The position numbers and the translations under genes were made by a program. Under the pieces are notes generated by a model. It made no database searches. It was given only the letters and a program-made list of their open reading frames with translations, and was not told the DNA's origin. DNA of 31,984 nucleotides from a virus (lineage: Duplodnaviria > Heunggongvirae > Uroviricota > Caudoviricetes): IMG/VR virus record IMGVR_UViG_2534682327_000012; one strand, given 5' to 3'. Below are positions 1-7,655 of the stretch, piece after piece; position 1 is the first letter of the stretch, and each line of letters begins with the position of its first letter.

Positions 1-1011
1 TTATAACGTCACTCCGCCTTTTAGAGGATTCAGCGCGACGGCATTTTGCAGGTAGTCAGGCGCAAGGTGCGCATAGGCCATCGTCTGCTGAATGCTCGCA
101 TGTCCCAGAATCTGTTGCAGTGCGATTATATTGCCCCCATTCATCATGAAATGGCTTGCGAATGTATGACGCAGGATGTGGGTTGCCTGATTGGGTGGTA
201 TATCTGGCTTCACTCTGCGTAAAATCCCGCAAAACTTCTCATAATCAACTTTGAATAATTTAGCGCTGGCCTCCTCTTTAACTTTTTTCTCCAGTTCCTC
301 AGAAATCGGCACGGTTCGCTTTTTACCGTTTTTGGTTTTCAGGAAGGTAACCCTGCAATTTGTAATCTGTGCTGGTTTTAGCGTGGCAACTTCCGTCCAT
401 CTTCCTCCAGTGCTCAGACATAAAAGTGCGACAAGTAAGTCATCACCATCCAAAACATTTAACAGTTTTTCGATTTCTGCTTTTTCCAGGAACGTCATTT
501 CAGGGTTGGCCTCCGCCAGTGGCGGCAGTCCGTGAATTGGGTGTTGCCCGGAAAATTCATCCAATTGAATTAATTTTGTGAACATGCCGGATAATCGGTA
601 CATGTCACGGTTTATCGTTGCGGCACTGATACCATCACGTAGTCGCATGGAACGATAATCCATCAAAGCTCTTTTGCTCATCCGGCTCACTGGTATATCA
701 CCTATGCCGCTGATGGTTTTGAGCAGATGATTAAACTCTTTTGTTCCATGCTCGTGGTTTTGCCCGTGATATTTCCACCAGATGTCCAGCAACTCACTCA
801 AAGTTCTGCGATCTGCTCGCTGACCTGCCCATTCTTTCTGGCTGGCGTAGGCGATTGTGTATCGCTCAAATGCTACAGCCTCAGCTTTTCTTTCAAATTT
901 CCTGCGGATGCGTTTTCCGTCGCGACCGCGAGGTCTAATGTCCACTTCATAGCGTCCATCATCGAGCTTCTTAATTGACATAAGAAAGCCCTCTGACGCT
1001 GTATTCACCAT
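1..1011 (-). CDS. int: Tyrosine integrase (P2 Int family), 336 aa
   Basis: Translation has N-terminal IKKLDDGRYEVDIRP and C-terminal catalytic region HILRHTFASHF ... TMAYAHLAPDYL (His/Arg box and catalytic Tyr) typical of P2-type integrases; diverged from P2 Int itself. Confidence 0.93.
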   Translation of the reverse strand: MVNTASEGFLMSIKKLDDGRYEVDIRPRGRDGKRIRRKFERKAEAVAFERYTIAYASQKEWAGQRADRRTLSELLDIWWKYHGQNHEHGTKEFNHLLKTISGIGDIPVSRMSKRALMDYRSMRLRDGISAATINRDMYRLSGMFTKLIQLDEFSGQHPIHGLPPLAEANPEMTFLEKAEIEKLLNVLDGDDLLVALLCLSTGGRWTEVATLKPAQITNCRVTFLKTKNGKKRTVPISEELEKKVKEEASAKLFKVDYEKFCGILRRVKPDIPPNQATHILRHTFASHFMMNGGNIIALQQILGHASIQQTMAYAHLAPDYLQNAVALNPLKGGVTL

Positions 1012-1050
1012 CTTGGTAACAAATGGTGAAAATGTAATGTTTATAGAGTG

Positions 1051-1344
1051 TTAACCAGTCTGTTTTTCGGAGTGGTCTGATTCTGTTGGTTTTTGCCCAA
1101 TGTGTGCGAGAGCCGGCGCGATCTGACCAGCTTGTGGTGACGTATCACCAGTCATTAACCAGAGCGTATATTTTTTAAATAAAGGCGTATTTGTGACTCG
1201 CATAACGATGCTGAGACCAGGGTCTTTATGCCCACTTTCGTAATTTTTGACTGTTCCTAGAGCTATCCCGCTAATTTCGCTGAATTTCGCCTGTGTTAAG
1301 CCTTCTGCTTTCCTAATCGCTTTCAGTTTTTCGAATGTCTGCAT
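1051..1344 (-). CDS. C: Immunity repressor C (small HTH repressor, P2 C family), 97 aa
   Basis: Position between int and cox, divergent from cox; HTH-like segment LTQAKFSEISGIALGTVKNYESG; C-terminal GQIAPALAH resembles P2 C as I recall it. Confidence 0.85.
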   Translation of the reverse strand: MQTFEKLKAIRKAEGLTQAKFSEISGIALGTVKNYESGHKDPGLSIVMRVTNTPLFKKYTLWLMTGDTSPQAGQIAPALAHIGQKPTESDHSEKQTG

Positions 1345-1373
1345 TTGACAGTAACCTATTGGTGACTTATATT
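1345..1373 (+). promoter_or_regulatory. Candidate early promoter Pe: TTGACA (1345..1350), 17-bp spacer, TATATT (1368..1373), reading towards cox
   Basis: Near-consensus sigma70 -35 and -10 hexamers with ideal spacing, seen directly in the C/cox intergenic switch region. Confidence 0.5.
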
Positions 1374-1400
1374 CCCGTCAAAAGGTTGTGTATTGGTGAC
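1357..1400. promoter_or_regulatory. Candidate C-repressor operator: 10-bp direct repeat TATTGGTGAC at 1357..1366 and 1391..1400 (34 bp centre to centre) flanking the -10 hexamer
   Basis: Exact direct repeat seen in sequence; P2-type repressors bind direct repeats flanking the -10 of Pe (established); the 34-bp spacing recalls the W-phi-type switch rather than the P2 22-bp type (recollection, unverified). Confidence 0.45.
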
Positions 1401-1496
1401 CTTTTGAGTGTGTTAGCCAGTCCCTAGAAAGGACAGGGGCGACCTAGAAGGGACTGGATCTAATAAGGGTAACACGAAAGCAAAAAGGGCTAATCA

Positions 1497-1769
1497 ATGG
1501 AAGTCAATGACTATGTGATTCAGTACCCGATTGATGCGGTACATACGGTTAAGTTTGCAGAGTTACTTGGTAAGCCAGAAACGGCTGTAGTCAAGATGGT
1601 AAAAGAGAATAAATTGCCAGTTATTGAGCTTCGTGATCCAAGTAAGCCGAACGCTCGTGTCGGTGAGAAGTGGGTTTTCATTCCAGAGTTTAATCGCGCT
1701 GTACGAGAGGCGTTTTATAACCGACCAGTTGAACAGCGTGATGCATGGCTTTTGTGGATGGGGTTGTGA
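1497..1769 (+). CDS. cox: Cox (excisionase / early-promoter repressor), 90 aa
   Basis: First gene of the rightward early operon; C-terminus RDAWLLWMGL resembles the P2 Cox C-terminus; size and position fit. Confidence 0.8.
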   Translation: MEVNDYVIQYPIDAVHTVKFAELLGKPETAVVKMVKENKLPVIELRDPSKPNARVGEKWVFIPEFNRAVREAFYNRPVEQRDAWLLWMGL

Positions 1770-1771
1770 TT

Positions 1772-1942
1772 ATGAGTGAACCGCGTTGTATTGCTCAGTT
1801 ACTGCGTAACGAAAGCCCCAGGGCGATTGACTTCACCATCACCCACGGTAAGGGGCGTAAGGGAATCATTATCCGCACCAAAAAACAGAGTCCGTTAAAA
1901 AAGGCTCTGACCTTTCTGAAAAGCCGGAGGGTCTGGAAATGA
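1772..1942 (+). CDS. Small hypothetical early protein (P2 orf78 position), 56 aa
   Basis: ATG at 1772 just after the cox stop; ends in an ATGA overlap with the B start; no recognisable domain. Confidence 0.5.
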   Translation: MSEPRCIAQLLRNESPRAIDFTITHGKGRKGIIIRTKKQSPLKKALTFLKSRRVWK

Positions 1943-2439
1943 CAGTGATGACGCTCAATCTCGTTGAAAAACAGCCAGCAGCTATGCGCCGGATAATTGG
2001 TAAGCATCTTGCCGTTCCTCGCTGGCAGGAGATATGTGATTATTATAATCAGATGATGGAGCGCGAACGGCTAACGGTTTGCTTTCATGCGCAGTTAAAA
2101 CAGCGTCACGCAACGATGCGTTTTGAAGAAATGAACGACGTCGAACGTGAACGGCTGGTTTGTGCAATTGATGAACTGCGTGGGGCATTCTCAAAACGCC
2201 GTCAGGTCGGTGCAAGTGAGTATGCATATATTAGCTTTTTAACTGTCAGTCAGCGCCGTACTTTATTTATGCATGCCGGATTGACTGAAAAAGAATTCAA
2301 CCAGCCATACTGGCGAATTAATGAAGAGTCATGTTACTGGCGTGATGCTTTATTCCGTGCATTACGTGAATTATTCAGCCTGTTTGAGTATGCACCGACA
2401 ATTCTGACGTCGGTAAAACCAGAGCAATATCTGCATTAA
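1939..2439 (+). CDS. B: Replication protein B (helicase-loader-like), 166 aa
   Basis: Translation MTVMTLNLVEKQPAAMRRIIGKHLAVPRWQ... matches my recollection of P2 gpB in sequence and length. Confidence 0.85.
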   Translation: MTVMTLNLVEKQPAAMRRIIGKHLAVPRWQEICDYYNQMMERERLTVCFHAQLKQRHATMRFEEMNDVERERLVCAIDELRGAFSKRRQVGASEYAYISFLTVSQRRTLFMHAGLTEKEFNQPYWRINEESCYWRDALFRALRELFSLFEYAPTILTSVKPEQYLH

Positions 2440-2502
2440 ATAATTAACCAGAGTTTTTAACGCACTTAATCGTGCGGGGCTTCTTTTTGCCTGGAGAAAG
2501 TC

Positions 2503-2727
2503 ATGCATACAGTTTCTGAAAATCAGTGCGGTAAATACGCATTACTGCTGCAACAGGCCAGAACCGAAGCACAGGCCGACGCTGCGACGCGCTTTTCTTC
2601 TCATCTTGACGCCATGATTCGCCATATCACAAAGGCGGAGTTATCCCGCGTGGAGATAGTCGAGCTGCTCAGTCAGGAGTCGGAAAAATTTCACAATATC
2701 GGATTGTCTCGCGGGGAGGTGCTTTGA
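2503..2727 (+). CDS. Hypothetical early protein (P2 orf80-like position), 74 aa
   Basis: ORF in the early operon between B and A; coupled to the next ORF by a TGATG overlap. Confidence 0.55.
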   Translation: MHTVSENQCGKYALLLQQARTEAQADAATRFSSHLDAMIRHITKAELSRVEIVELLSQESEKFHNIGLSRGEVL

Positions 2728-3026
2728 TGTCCTGCTCTCATTCAGTTGTATTACTGAATAACGCCTTAAAAATCGCCGTTATGGAAAATGGTGATTTATC
2801 TCTTATTCAACTTTGTCTTGATAAAGAAAAACGCGACATAACTGAATCTGTTATCGCAATTTATCAGAATGAATTAAACCTCCTGTCTGATGTGGTCAAT
2901 TTACTTGTTAAACGCGCTGTATTCCACAAGCAAATTTCCTCAGTGGATGAAATGACAAAATTAACGACAGAACTTGCCAGTTATTGCGCTGATGTATCCA
3001 GGAAACTTAACGATAAAAGGAGCTGA
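2727..3026 (+). CDS. Hypothetical early protein (P2 orf81-like position), ~99 aa
   Basis: ORF in the early operon; start overlaps the previous stop. Confidence 0.55.
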   Translation: MSCSHSVVLLNNALKIAVMENGDLSLIQLCLDKEKRDITESVIAIYQNELNLLSDVVNLLVKRAVFHKQISSVDEMTKLTTELASYCADVSRKLNDKRS

Positions 3027-3028
3027 TA

Positions 3029-3253
3029 ATGCCGGACAACGTAGATTTTATTCAGGAACAACAGGCTGAATTACTGGAGCGCCAGATTAACGCGGCAAGG
3101 GTAAAACATTGCGGTGCTTCTGCGCTGGTTTGCGAAGAGTGTGACGCGCCAATACCTGCTGCCCGTCGTGCGGCTTACCCGTCAGCCACGCGTTGTGTTT
3201 CCTGTCAGTCAGTCTTTGAAGCAAAAAACAAACATTACCGGAGAACGGCATGA
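3029..3253 (+). CDS. TraR/DksA-family C4 zinc-finger protein (P2 orf82-like), 74 aa
   Basis: Two Cys pairs CEECD...CVSCQ with the spacing typical of phage TraR/DksA-like zinc fingers. Confidence 0.75.
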   Translation: MPDNVDFIQEQQAELLERQINAARVKHCGASALVCEECDAPIPAARRAAYPSATRCVSCQSVFEAKNKHYRRTA

Positions 3254-3525
3254 GTATTCGTATTGAAATTGGCGAACGTTATGTCGTTACCAGTGACAGC
3301 TTTCAGTTTATTCTCCACGAGAAAAAGAGAGCGGAAAGCGGTAAAAACGCCGGTCAGGAATGGCTGGCGGTGGTTGGTTATTATCCGAAATTAAGCCAGC
3401 TCGTTTCCGGCCTGATGCATCACGATATTCTGACCGGAAGCGCAAAGTCTTTTGCTGATTTAAACGCGCAGGTTGAGCAACTCAGCAAGCGTTGTTCAGA
3501 GGCTTTTGGCTCATATGGCCGTTAA
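3250..3525 (+). CDS. Hypothetical early protein (P2 orf83-like position), 91 aa
   Basis: ORF immediately upstream of and overlapping the A start. Confidence 0.55.
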   Translation: MSIRIEIGERYVVTSDSFQFILHEKKRAESGKNAGQEWLAVVGYYPKLSQLVSGLMHHDILTGSAKSFADLNAQVEQLSKRCSEAFGSYGR

Positions 3526-5800
3526 AGCCTCCGGGCATTTTGTCCCTCCGTCAGCATTTGCTGCAGGCACCGGTAAGGCGTTTACCGGTGCTTATGCATG
3601 GAACGCGCCACGCGAGGCTGTCGGGCGCGAAAGACCCCTTACACGTGACGAGATGCGTCAGGTGCAAGGTGTTTTATCCACGATTAACCGCCTGCCTTAC
3701 TTTTTGCGCTCGCTGTTTACGTCACGCTATGACTACATCCGGCGCAATAAAAGCCCGGTGCACGGGTTTTATTTCCTCACATCCACTTTTCAGCGTCGTT
3801 TATGGCCGCGCATTGAGCGTGTGAATCAGCGCCATGAAATGAACACCGACGCGTCGATGCTGTTTCTGGCTGAGCGTGACCACTATGCGCGCCTGCCGGG
3901 AATGAATGACAAGGAGCTGAAAAAGTTTGCCGCCCGTATCTCATCGCAGCTTTTCATGATGTATGAGGAACTCAGCGATGCCTGGGTGGATGCGCATGGC
4001 GAAAAAGAATCACTGTTTACGGATGAGGCTCAGGCTCACCTGTATGGTCATGTTGCTGGCGCTGCACGAGCTTTCAATATTTCCCCTCTCTACTGGAAAA
4101 AATACCGTAAAGGACAGATGACCACGAGGCAGGCATATTCTGCCATTGCCCGTCTGTTTAACGATGAGTGGTGGACTCATCAGCTTAAAGGCCAGCGTAT
4201 GCGCTGGCATGAAGCGTTACTGATAGCTGTCGGGGAGGTCAATAAAGACCGTTCTCCTTATGCCAGTAAACACGCCATTCGTGATGTGCGTGCGCGCCGC
4301 CAGGCAAATCTGGAATTTCTTAAATCGTGTGATCTCGAAAACAGGGAAACCGGCGAGCGCATCGACCTTATCAGTAAGGTGATGGGCAGTATTTCTAATC
4401 CTGAAATTCGCCGGATGGAGCTGATGAACACCATTGCTGGTATTGAGCGTTACGCCGCAGCAGAGGGTGATGTGGGGATGTTTATCACGCTCACCGCGCC
4501 GTCAAAGTATCACCCGACACGTCAGGTTGGAAAAGGCGAAAGTAAAACCGTCCAGCTAAATCACGGCTGGAACGATGAGGCATTTAATCCAAAGGATGCG
4601 CAGCGTTATCTCTGCCGTATCTGGAGCCTGATGCGCACGGCATTCAAGGATAATGATTTACAGGTCTACGGTTTGCGTGTCGTCGAGCCACACCACGACG
4701 GAACGCCGCACTGGCATATGATGCTTTTTTGTAATCCGCGCCAGCGTAACCAGATTATCGAAATCATGCGTCGCTATGCGCTCAAAGAGGATGGCGACGA
4801 AAGAGGAGCCGCGCGAAACCGTTTTCAGGCGAAACACCTTAATCGGGGCGGTGCTGCGGGGTATATCGCGAAATACATCTCAAAAAACATCGACGGCTAT
4901 GCACTGGATGGTCAGCTCGATAACGATACCGGTAAGCCGCTTAAAGATACTGCCGCGGCTGTTACTGCATGGGCGTCAACGTGGCGCATCCCGCAATTTA
5001 AAACGGTTGGTCTGCCGACAATGGGGGCTTACCGTGAACTACGCAAATTGCCGCGCGGCGTCAGCATTGCTGATGAGTTTGACGAGCGCGTCGAGGCTGC
5101 ACGCGCCGCCGCAGACAGTGGTGATTTTGCGTTGTATATCAGCGCGCAGGGTGGGGCAAATGTCCCGCGCGATTGTCAGACTGTCAGGGTCGCCCGTAGC
5201 CCGTCGGATGACGTTAACGAGTACGAGGAAGAGGTCGAGAGAGTGGTCGGCATTTACGCGCCGCATCTCGGCGCGCGTCATATTCATATCACCAGAACGA
5301 CGGACTGGCGCATTGTGCCGAAAGTTCCGGTCGTTGAGCCTTTGACTTTAAAAAGCGGCATCGCCGCGCCTCGGAGTCCTGTCAATAACTGTGGAAAGCT
5401 CACTGGTGGTGATACTTCGTTACCGGCTCCCACACCTTCTGAACACGCCGCAGCAGTGCTTAATCTGGTTGATGACGGTGTTATCGAATGGAATGACCCG
5501 GAGGTCGTGAGGGGGCTCAGGGGCGCATTAAAACACGGCCTGAGAACACCAAATCGTCAGCAAAGAAACGGAAGCCCGCTAAAACCACATGAAATTGCAC
5601 CATCGGCCAGGCTGACCCGGCCGGAACGATTGCAAATTACCCGTATCCGCGTTGACCTTGCTCAGAACGGTATCAGGCCTCAGCGATGGGAGCTTGAGGC
5701 GCTGGCGCGTGGCGCGACCGTAAATTATGACGGGAAAAAATTCACGTATCCGGTCGCTGATGAGTGGCCGGGATTCTCAACAGTAATGGAGTGGAAATGA
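3515..5800 (+). CDS. A: Replication initiation protein A (rolling-circle HUH endonuclease), 761 aa
   Basis: Translation from MAVKASGHFVPPSAFAAGTGK matches P2 gpA as I recall it; HUH motif TPHWHMMLF and Tyr motif AAGYIAKYISKNIDGY present; the track ORF begins 14 codons upstream at 3473, but the ATG at 3515 gives the P2-like N-terminus. Confidence 0.93.
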   Translation: MAVKASGHFVPPSAFAAGTGKAFTGAYAWNAPREAVGRERPLTRDEMRQVQGVLSTINRLPYFLRSLFTSRYDYIRRNKSPVHGFYFLTSTFQRRLWPRIERVNQRHEMNTDASMLFLAERDHYARLPGMNDKELKKFAARISSQLFMMYEELSDAWVDAHGEKESLFTDEAQAHLYGHVAGAARAFNISPLYWKKYRKGQMTTRQAYSAIARLFNDEWWTHQLKGQRMRWHEALLIAVGEVNKDRSPYASKHAIRDVRARRQANLEFLKSCDLENRETGERIDLISKVMGSISNPEIRRMELMNTIAGIERYAAAEGDVGMFITLTAPSKYHPTRQVGKGESKTVQLNHGWNDEAFNPKDAQRYLCRIWSLMRTAFKDNDLQVYGLRVVEPHHDGTPHWHMMLFCNPRQRNQIIEIMRRYALKEDGDERGAARNRFQAKHLNRGGAAGYIAKYISKNIDGYALDGQLDNDTGKPLKDTAAAVTAWASTWRIPQFKTVGLPTMGAYRELRKLPRGVSIADEFDERVEAARAAADSGDFALYISAQGGANVPRDCQTVRVARSPSDDVNEYEEEVERVVGIYAPHLGARHIHITRTTDWRIVPKVPVVEPLTLKSGIAAPRSPVNNCGKLTGGDTSLPAPTPSEHAAAVLNLVDDGVIEWNDPEVVRGLRGALKHGLRTPNRQQRNGSPLKPHEIAPSARLTRPERLQITRIRVDLAQNGIRPQRWELEALARGATVNYDGKKFTYPVADEWPGFSTVMEWK

Positions 5801-6252
5801 TGGCAAAAATTCACGAGGTAAAGCTGCACGCAAAATATTTTGACCTTGTGCTGGAAGGAAAGAAACGCGCAGAGTTTCGGAAAAATGACCGTAATTATGA
5901 GCGCGGGGACACGTTGATTTTGCATGAATGGGTGCAGGGTGTGTTTACGGGGCGAAAGGTTGAAGCCCGGATAACAGATGTTACTGACCTGTCAGACTGG
6001 CTGGAAGACTATGTCTTGCTAAGTATTGAGCTGCTTAATACAGGCGCATATGAGATTGTGAACTGGAAAGAACTTAGTGAGCGTGGCCTGGTATTCAGAA
6101 TTAATCATGAAATTATGCATCAGCTCGGCCTTGCTGTTATGTATGAACCAGAGACGGGGATGTCTGGCGGGGCAATGGTCGCCACGGATGGAGCATGGAA
6201 CTATTCAGATGAACAGATGGAGCGTGCACAGCAAAACGGGTGGCTTGGATAA
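5797..6252 (+). CDS. ASCH/PUA-like small protein (DUF3850-like), ~151 aa
   Basis: ATG overlaps the A stop; N-terminus KIHEVKLHAKYFDLVLEGKKRAEFRKNDRNYERGDTLILHEW resembles the DUF3850/ASCH family as I remember it (domain call moderate). Confidence 0.7.
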   Translation: MMAKIHEVKLHAKYFDLVLEGKKRAEFRKNDRNYERGDTLILHEWVQGVFTGRKVEARITDVTDLSDWLEDYVLLSIELLNTGAYEIVNWKELSERGLVFRINHEIMHQLGLAVMYEPETGMSGGAMVATDGAWNYSDEQMERAQQNGWLG

Positions 6253-6458
6253 TGCACAGAATACCAGGCGAGATACCGCACCATAAAACTAAAAATATCA
6301 AGCTGATGGCTATTGTTCAGCGTTTACAGCGGATTATGGTCAACGAAAATCTGACGCCCGATGAGCTGGTCGGGTGTGCCGAAATAGTCCGGGATAATTA
6401 CGGGCGGCTTAACTATATCGGTCAGTCCAGAGTTGCGCCACCACCACGCAGACGATAG
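6252..6458 (+). CDS. Small hypothetical protein, 68 aa
   Basis: TAATG overlap with the preceding gene suggests translational coupling; no recognisable domain; may not be real. Confidence 0.35.
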   Translation: MHRIPGEIPHHKTKNIKLMAIVQRLQRIMVNENLTPDELVGCAEIVRDNYGRLNYIGQSRVAPPPRRR

Positions 6459-6530
6459 AGAACGCCGCCAGTCGTGAAACTTGTTTTCAGGGCTGGCGGG
6501 GTTGAACAATGAGCGTAGCGAGGCGTTAGC

Positions 6531-7265
6531 CTATTTATTAAAAAATTCTAGAAGTGTAATTCCATTGGCTCCAAGGCTTACAAAGCCTTCAATACTATTA
6601 ATTGATGTGATTGTCTTTTTCAGAATGTTCTTTAGCTTTGAGCCTTCTTCGGTCGTAGTTATTACTTCGTTAAATTGCTCAGACATACAAGCATGCCCCA
6701 TTGTGGCTTCTGTTGCTGAAATTATTGGCTCAATACCAGTTATTTCATAGTCGTCAAAAGCTCTAATCATGTTGTCAATGTAATATAATATTTCTTTTTT
6801 TAGGTTAATTGGGAAGTCAGAATTAATTATGGATTCCTTCAGTTCTAATAATTGCCCCTTTATTTCAATTAACTGTTCATCTTTAAGTTTTCCAATCTGA
6901 CCTTTGGTCTTGAATAGGACTGATATCATCCCTAATTCATTTATGGCATTATCAGAGATTCTTTGGAGGGAATGGGACAGAGATTCTCCCAGATTTAAGT
7001 TTTCGAAAAAATCATTAACACTGGGCCTCCAGTGTGGTGCTGTGATTTCATCTTCTGGAAAGTAGTCTTTTAATGTGTTATCTATTTTTTTAGGCAAGCT
7101 CATGATTTTGGAAATCTTATCCCATAAGATGGTTTTATTATCTTCAGAACCCTCTAATTCAAACATTTGTAATAAAGCACGCTTTACCGTAATGTTATAT
7201 GGTTGTTGTGCTTTTAGCTTGGTGAAAAACTCTCGTAAGGTCAGTGCTGAATTGTCGATGTACAT
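6531..7265 (-). CDS. Low-GC cargo protein of unknown function in the tin/old slot, 244 aa
   Basis: Long uninterrupted ORF on the strand opposite the early operon, visibly AT-rich compared with flanking phage core; sits between gene A and cos where P2 carries tin/old; no motif I can recognise. Confidence 0.75.
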   Translation of the reverse strand: MYIDNSALTLREFFTKLKAQQPYNITVKRALLQMFELEGSEDNKTILWDKISKIMSLPKKIDNTLKDYFPEDEITAPHWRPSVNDFFENLNLGESLSHSLQRISDNAINELGMISVLFKTKGQIGKLKDEQLIEIKGQLLELKESIINSDFPINLKKEILYYIDNMIRAFDDYEITGIEPIISATEATMGHACMSEQFNEVITTTEEGSKLKNILKKTITSINSIEGFVSLGANGITLLEFFNK

Positions 7266-7467
7266 GGAAAAACCTAACAGTCAAATTATTAATAATAGAA
7301 CAACAAGATACTAATAAAATCTAACGTTAGTATCAATAACGAATATATGCGCATACTGCATGAAAATGCATTTTCTTTTAAGGGGGCGATATATCGAGTC
7401 GAGTCATGGTTGATGCGACATTAGTGTGCTGGTGCAACTGCATTCAAACAGACCCATGAAGCGGGCG

Positions 7468-7486
7468 GGCGAGGCGGGGAAAGCAC
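7468..7486. other. cos: cos site (19-nt cohesive-end sequence GGCGAGGCGGGGAAAGCAC)
   Basis: Exact 19-mer present ~170 bp beyond the 3' end of Q, matching my recollection of the P2 cohesive end and its position relative to Q. Confidence 0.6.
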
Positions 7487-7655
7487 TGCGCGCTGGCGGT
7501 GGTGCTGATTTTATTTTTTCAGCGTCTGAGCGCGTCGTGATGGCGTTTAGTCGGCCTGCCGGGGCGTTGGTGTGTCTGCGGGGTGTTTTGTACAGTGGCG
7601 AACGTGTGAGGGCGTGATGACGGGGTGTAAAAAAGCCGCCCGCAGGCGGCGATGT

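Noticed and set aside
5300-5420. Rolling-circle replication origin (nick site) expected inside the 3' part of gene A
   Set aside because: P2-family origins lie within the A coding region, but I cannot recall the nick-site sequence reliably enough to assign coordinates. Left unannotated rather than guessed.
6459-6530. Possible terminator between the convergent small ORF and the 244-aa cargo gene (CCGCCAG ... CTGGCGG with a ~20-nt loop)
   Set aside because: The stem is short, the loop long and there is no U-tract on either strand; not convincing as an intrinsic terminator.
6481-6750. 89-aa plus-strand ORF overlapping the 3' end of the 244-aa minus-strand cargo gene
   Set aside because: Antisense to a longer ORF with a coherent translation, and has a hydrophobic low-complexity translation typical of an AT-rich antisense frame.
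7426-7617. 63-aa ORF in the GC-rich segment between the cargo gene and Q
   Set aside because: It spans the cos site and the region that is non-coding in P2; Gly/Ala/Arg-rich translation typical of a GC-rich artefact; no RBS noted.
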